DNA of 52,747 nt from Pelomyxa schiedti. Taxonomy: Eukaryota > Protista > Evosea. Below, one piece after another: positions 46,022-52,747 of the stretch. Positions within the stretch are counted from its first letter, which is position 1; every line of letters begins with the position of its first letter. The notes under the pieces were generated by a model. That model was not told where the DNA came from, did not search any database, and saw nothing but the letters and a program-made list of their open reading frames with translations. Location: contig JAHLWZ010000595.1 in the NCBI GenBank assembly GCA_020536535.1, positions 1-52,747 on the forward strand. The letters are read 5' to 3'. The translations under genes were made by a program, and so were the position numbers.

Positions 46022-47312
46022 TAAATTTTGTTTATTTGTCAGTGTGATTATCTGTGTGTTGGTACAATAGAATTTTTTGCCTCCAAATTTTGAGGTTCCT
46101 CTTTTGTCCTTCTATTTCTTGTATCCGGTAGAAGGACATAGAGATTTTCGAAAATAGGAATTGACTGTATACTTGTAGCCAAAGAGCACTGCACAGCAAA
46201 AAATGTTAGCAAAAAAAGAAAAAAAAAAAGGGTGTTTGTGTTGAGTGGATGATTAAAACACATCGACTCAGAAACATCCGGCACTCACTTATGGGTGGTC
46301 CCCCTGTTGCCCAGTTTCCCCTCGCTGTGGTGTTCTCTCCGAATGAGGCAACTGCGCCAACTTACCAAACGCCGGTCACTCACGACGGGAGTCTCCTGAC
46401 GCAAAGTGGTGTGTGTTGTAATCGGTCCACGCTACACCAAAACAATTCCTCAGTTGCCTCCCTGTGGAGCAGGAGTATTTGAGCCCAGTTGGAATACCAT
46501 AACACTCGATCGCATCTACGATATCCCACGTAAGCGAAAAAGAACTTTTTTTTTTTCAAAACCATCATCGTTTGCCTTCGTGCACGCACTACACAGTACG
46601 GTGCACCACACTCCGCTGCAATGTGCTCCAGCTAATCTCCACCCATAACAAACCACATCGTAGGGTTTCCTTATTTGCTGAATTGAATTTGCCAAGCTGC
46701 TGTGGCTTTGGGTTTGTTGAATTTGCATGCAGGAGTACGGCTCGATTACCGGTACTTTGTCTTCTTTTATTGTTATCTTTATTTGTTTCTTATTCTTTTA
46801 TCTCCATTTGTGGCGCCTCTTTACAATTTTTTAGGATTTGGGAATTTCCCAGAGGGCACTGTGACCTTATGATTTGCACGTAACCTACAAGAACCGGAAC
46901 CCTGTAACGTCTTGGTAAAGACCCGGGCTCCCAGCACTGACGATGTATTTTAAGTACTCTCAATCAAAAAATTTTCTTGTGGTTTTTTTTAGGTACGTTG
47001 ATGTTGCGCCGTAGTTGTATCGGAATATGTCTGTATCTCAGCCAAGTAGTGCCAAGTAACCACGGCCCATAATGCCGACGCAGCAGGCGCAACCACAACG
47101 TAAGAGACATTTTGTCACCGGCTCTATCCGTGTTCCGTGACGACATTTTGTCACGCTGGACTGTACAATTCATTCCCCCTCCCTTTTATGCGCTGCGGGT
47201 ACCGGATACCAGTGACAATTACAACACTTGTCGTAGTTGCCGGCAATAAATCGTTTTAAGGAAACATGTGTCGCGTCATACAACAGTACATGTTCTTTAG
47301 TGGTTTTTCACT

Positions 47313-50227
47313 TTATCTGCCCTTCAACTCTTGGATGCTTTTTTTGCTTTCAACAAAATTGAATCCTCCTTGCTGAAAATTTCCTGTTGAAGGAGTTGGC
47401 AGGAGATAGTAAGACCAGGGATTTGCCTTGGATAGTTTTTCGACTTGTTTTCGCTTGGCTTCTTGTTCCTTGGGAGTCAAGGGCTCTAGACTACAAAGGT
47501 GTTAAAAGTAAACCATTGTAATTATCTGTCACTTACGGTTTGTTAGTGGGTTCTGCAGCAAGGCTTCTATCATAAGCCTGATCAGAGGTAAGACATGTGT
47601 TCGCAGAATCTTGAAGGTACTTCGTGTAGCTTGGTACGGAGGTGAAGGAGTGAGGTTGCATCTGGAATTGTTGAATTGCTCTGTGGTTTGGTTATAAGAG
47701 AAACATGTGGCATTGTGTTCGTACTTGATGACATTTGATAGATTTCGATACTTGACGAAATTTATCAATGTCGTGTCCGGCACAGTATTTGGGTTGCCAT
47801 CACAAACAAAAACTACGTCTGTGAGAAATACACCTTCAACGACGTGAGAAGATAAAATTCTGACACTTTTGAACCTAGATAAGGAATACACGGCGGTACG
47901 GCGAACTTCAGAGTCTCGCGATACACTGAAAAGTTGCCTTTTGGATCAAAAAGCTGTGTATACTTATCATAAAGATCCCAGGTAGAACCCGGAAGCAGCT
48001 GTACACTGTTAAACTGGCTAGTAAGTAAGGACTGGATACCTCCCAAGAAGATCTTAATCTGTGAACTGCCGAATTTTGGAGTGCAGATATTATTTCCATA
48101 ACGGCATTATAGTTGCGGAGAGCAAAACAAGCCTTGGTATTGGTAGAATTAGAACCCTGGAAATTTGTTTTGCCGTTACATCTGCAGTGAGGATAAGTCT
48201 ATGTAAGAGAATGGCTCGGTCTCTGATGTTATCATGCCGAACAATCTCAGTGATGGCCCACATTGTCCTCTAGTAGTTGAAAAAGTCATTAAGTAAAAAA
48301 TGAGAGGTGCATAAGATACTTTATTTGATTCAAGCACCATTCGGGATATATTTGGTGCTAATTTGTCTTTTACAGCCTGCTTGTTCCAGGCCTGTCCAAT
48401 GAATTCTTTTGTGGTTTTTATTTGAGTAGGTACTTTGGAAGCTGAGGAAAAAACCTTTCGGCCGAATTTTGGACCATAATTCCCACTCTAGGAGAGTAAT
48501 CTGCCTTGCTAGTTCTTCTGGGTGGAAATCCAGCATAGAGGACACGGTTCCGTAATCCATAAGATGTATCGGTGGAGGTGGCTCCCCAAGGGGGTTTGAT
48601 ACCCAGTCTCGAACCTGATAGACTACATTTAGGCATTACAAAATGGCAAAGAACCAACTCGCTCCAAATTTTTCAGCACAATCAGAGCCACTTTGCAAGA
48701 TTCTGAAAATACTTTCAGGATTTGGGAAGCAAGTCTTAGGAGATCCAAGTTCTCCTTGAAGTCGTACTGATACATGGAAGTCCATGTCTTCAGGAGATTA
48801 ACCACCCTTTTGAAAATGAGAAGAGAAAATCCTATTAGAACTACTTTAAACGTATTCTTTGTTTCATATCACTGAATTGTGTGGCATCTACCCAAGAAGG
48901 TTTTCTCATGAAAAATCTGGAATCATTGTCAAACATAAACTGAACACCAAGAAAGTTACCTTGCCACGAGTATTTCAAGGAGCTCTGGCCCTGTCGTGAA
49001 CGCAGAGTAGCAAATAAGGAAAGAGTGCATAAAATCCATGTCTACATTTCAAAGTGAATAGTTCCCTCACCCTGGATAGGCAGAACCAACCACTTTCTTC
49101 AGGATGTGTGAGGTATTGGATTAACTTGTAAATTGTCCCTCCACGTATCATGATATCACGGGAACCAGGAGCAAGCTGTTTTTGTTTGTTTTTTTAATGT
49201 AATATAATTGATCAATTTCTCTGACGGGTTTCAAAGATTGGTTGTACTGGGGCAGACCTGTGTGGCCAGCTCAATTGGAACACGCATCCATCTTACATTG
49301 TCTTCACCATCGGGTTGTTCAAAGCTTGGGTAATGTTTTAAACATTGTACAGCCCAATCCGGAGGAGGCTCATTTGGTTCATTTTCATACTTTCATCGAA
49401 AGTATTAGGTACGATTTGCAAAGCAAAGAACTCACAGAAATTGGCTCATCACCGACATTCTTTGGAAGAGGAAGAAGCTCCAGAGGATCTGAAGATTTCT
49501 GAGAAATTGATTAGAAAAAATTGGAATATAGGTTGCCCACCTTGAGGTCAGGCTTGAGAGGTGAGCTTTGCGTGAATAGTGACACATCAGCACCAAGTAA
49601 CTTGTTGGCCTTGGAATGTATGGGTGAGTCGGTTGTACAACTTCGGGGACGGCTCATAGTAGTGTTTGTTTTGACCGCCGAGGATGCTGAGACGGAAAGT
49701 TCACTATTAACGGCTGCAGAACATTTGGTGTCAGCTGTAATGGGTGTGGTTGATTCAAAGGAAGCACTGCCACTGCTGCTTGATGAAGAACTAGAAGATC
49801 CTGAAGAAACGCCCCCTGAACTTGCTGCACTGTTCTCAGTGTACACAGTATTGCAGTTGGAGGGAAGAGGTGTAGAGACAGACATTGGTGGGGGTGGAGG
49901 AGGAGAAGGAGAAGTAGATTTGTGATAGCCCGGTGACGAAGGGGGAGTCTCAGAGTCGGGGAGAGGTGGGGGTGGTGGTGGGGGGGATGGATCTTCATGT
50001 CTGTGTGTGTGCGGGTGGGCATGGGAGTGGTGAGAGTGGTGGTGGTGAGAGTGAGTGGAATGTGAAGAGTGCAGAGATGAACTCTGTGCATTTCCATGCA
50101 TTTGTGATGACTTGACGCTAATGACTCCCTGACTGCTGCTGCGAACGCGCCCTGGCATTCCAAGGGACGGGTCACCCGAACATGGCTCGGGACTTACAAC
50201 AATTGCAGGATATGACATGTGGTGCAT
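47313..50227 (-). CDS. Ras guanine nucleotide exchange factor (REM + CDC25 domains) with a Pro/Ser/His-rich N-terminus; 5' end uncertain
   Basis: IRGGTIYKLIQYLT..FLICYSAFTTGPELL (REM); PEELARQITLLEW, NYNAVMEIISALQNSAVHRLRSSW, PPCIPYLGVFLTDVVFVCDGNP, LINFVK (CDC25). Confidence 0.92.
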
Positions 50228-50677
50228 CGATATCAGTGACTTGTGGCTACGTGGAAGCTTCACATTCGCATCAGCTAGCCATTCATTCCATTCCACCAAG
50301 TCAGGGTAAAAGAATAAACAAAAAGGTGTTCATACCAAGGGGAGGAGGCGGCGGGGACGGCTTTTTTATGTTTTTATGTTGGAAAAACAACAATGCATTA
50401 ATTAGATGTCAACGCAGGGGATTTAATTTTTTTGGTTCGTGGTGCACTGTGTGGCTTGGTTGGGAGTGCAAAACAAAAAAATCAAAGCACAAACGTCGTG
50501 GCTCATCTTCTGTGATCAAAAGGATTTCTGTTTGTTCCTTTATTTTTCCTTTGGTTTCTTTTTCTACCGCGAATTGTGATGTTCGCTGCTGAAACTGGAA
50601 TTGTGACCATTTATTTTTTCCATAGCCAGAGTACGAGTGATAGCTGATGAATCGTCCCACTGAGTTTGGGGCTGTGC

Positions 50678-52523
50678 TTACTTTTTGGCTGGTGATTGCA
50701 GTAGGGGACGAATCAACTTGGCAATGGCAAGGGGATTGTAGTGCTCAATCACGTGTTGCCTGCCGGCTTCACCAACTGCTTTGGCGGCAGCGGGATTTGT
50801 TACTACATGCCGCATAAGTTGCCTATTTGTGGAGTCAGGCAATGCGGGAAGGGTGTGAAAGGAAAAAAAGTACTTGAGATGGGTTTTGGAAGGCTCTGCC
50901 CAGTGAAAGGTTCGAAATGGACCTGATTTGGGGTGAACCATCTTCTCGACGGATATAAGGTATGAATTGTTCTCAAGCATGAATTCTGTGTTACCGGACC
51001 AGTTAGTCGCTATAACAGGGACCCTGTGCAAGTATCAGCGCGAGTATTCTGTTAATGTCGAGGGCCGACATACCCCATGGCCATTGCTTCGATATGTGGT
51101 CTTCCCCAACCTTCACCTCTACTTGGTACCACCAAGCAATCAATGGAGGCATACAATCGGGGCATATCATCGTCACTGAGGTAATTTTGAATCATAGAAA
51201 CTCGGGGTTGTAACTGCACTATCTTAAGTTCACTTATGTAAAGGAGCAGATACCTTGGGATCTGGCCTGGCTTGCATTGACAACTCCTTCAACTCTGCTT
51301 CTACGACCTCACTTACGAAAAGTTAACAAATAGTTTACTTCCAGAAAATTTACCGGCTTGTGTGGTACTCATGCGTCAGAATTAGAAGCTGTACATTATC
51401 TTCAACTGAGAATTCCTCCATGTAGGACTTACACTATCAGAGGAAATTGAGTAGTTTTAGTTGATACCTGGATTAAAATGTCATAGCCCTTGCGCTCTTC
51501 CCATTTGGCAACACTCAAAAAGGTAAATATATTTTGATCCACCTAAGAATAAATTATCCTCAGTGGGTGAGGCGGAATCGGGCGTACCCATTCAAGTGGA
51601 AGTGCTGAATGAGGATCAAACAGATCTGTATCCACAGGTTCTGGAACCACTACTATCTTTTTCGAGTCTACGCCACTTCCTAGCAATAGTTGAGAATGAA
51701 CAAAGAGAACTGGCTTCCTACTTATAAATACTTCTCTATGAAATTGGGTTGGAACCCAGACTTCATCCATAGAATTGCATCTGGGTACCCAACCTTCAGG
51801 GATCATGTCAGTTTCTCCCATGGTTCTTCCAACTCTGCATTTGTGTTTTTGTGTTAGGAACTGCCCATCATTTTTTATTTTATTTCAGAGTTACTGGAAG
51901 AAGATGAAGTGAAGGTGTTGACATTTTAAAAAAAGGAACATTACTGCGTGGTGGACACTCAGATGTCTGGTACAGTGGGGGGTACCATGCCCCTGGTTCT
52001 GAGTGGCATATCACCACTGTTTCACTGAAACGGTGTAAGAAAAGGTGGGAAGCAGAGAGGCTACTTGAGTAGGAGTTCAGTGTTGGTGAACAAAAGTAGT
52101 TTCTTCTTCCTCTGGCGTGGCATCCCAAAGACATAGTCCATTGATACTCCATCACCTTCAGACTATTAGCTCCAGAAAGCAGAATGACACGGGGGAACAA
52201 AAAAAAAAAAAAGAAAGAAAAAATAACCATGCTGGGAAATCGCTATGGAGATATTTGGCACAAGTGACAAGGCGTCAACAAAAGACTGTGCTTCACTGCA
52301 ATATCCCCCGCCACTGAAAAATGGCGCCTGTTCACAAACGTACATATGTAAACTAAATTTCGTGAACGCGGGGGTTTTTTTTTACCATCCACAAGACTTG
52401 TGGGTTCGTCACAACGGCAGGATCCGAAACGCCGTGGGGCCCATAATTTAGAAAGATGTTTATGGCTACAGAGAGAACGAGGACACATGCACCAACGCCA
52501 ACAGCCAACCGACACCAGTTCAT
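50678..52523 (-). CDS. GT-B fold glycosyltransferase (family 4-like) with an N-terminal type II membrane anchor
   Basis: VLWM|APFFSGGGYCSEA, CHSEPGAW, GRTMGETD..MDEVWVPTQF, KWEERKG, PSRGEGWGRPHIEAMAMG (EX7E), VIATNWSG. Confidence 0.9.
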
Positions 52524-52747
52524 TCCTCAAAGAACAACAGATCGCAGATCTGCGTTTAATCTCGGCAACTGCGGCCTTTGTTGATTCGTTGTTTAATTCC
52601 CGAGTGATTCATTGACCTTAGTAAGTCTTGGGACTGCCCAAGTGTGCACACTTTTTATCGGGTTTATTAGTTTTCTCAGTCCAGAGACGAGGAACTGAGA
52701 CGGAAAAAAAAGGCGTTTTCTACAAGACCATCGGCCACGGGGTGCAA

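Noticed and set aside
46249-47173. Short ORFs and a 13-bp repeat (gacattttgtcac x2) between the GRAS and RasGEF genes
   Set aside because: I could not build a coherent spliced model or recognise a motif. A small gene here is not excluded.
1-52747. Alternative genetic code or stop readthrough to explain fragmented ORFs; U12 introns; CRISPR, rRNA or tRNA genes
   Set aside because: Short introns account for the stops, and TAA, TAG and TGA all end genes. I saw no RTATCCTT donor at the junctions I resolved, and no spacer array or structural RNA by eye. A covariance-model scan was not possible.

Overview
Gene-dense eukaryotic DNA in the standard genetic code, with many short (mostly about 40-60 nt) GT-AG introns. 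Most ORF-track entries are therefore exon fragments or antisense noise, and I spliced the genes by hand. Gene content (SAS-4, RasGEF, RasGAP, GSAP, ankyrin and GPI-anchored proteins) suggests a basal-body-bearing amoeboid protist, possibly an archamoeba such as Pelomyxa; this is inference only. About 20 genes are recognisable. Main observations: (1) a six-exon, stand-alone, bacterial-type GRAS-domain gene (44549-46021) with an intact SAM-binding DxGxGxG motif, in a non-plant eukaryote; (2) a membrane-anchored PSI + plant-type (group XI-like) phospholipase A2 + EGF chimera; (3) an F-box + Rab-like pseudo-GTPase + CaaX fusion lying head-to-head with an ankyrin protein that has a C-terminal F-box-like exon; (4) a CpG-depleted, probably silenced repeat or TE relic at about 33.9-38.3 kb, where a local duplicate shows one-sided CpG>TpG/CpA decay biased to GCG/CGC. 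I recognised no rRNA, tRNA or CRISPR features. Family calls come from motif recognition without database searches.
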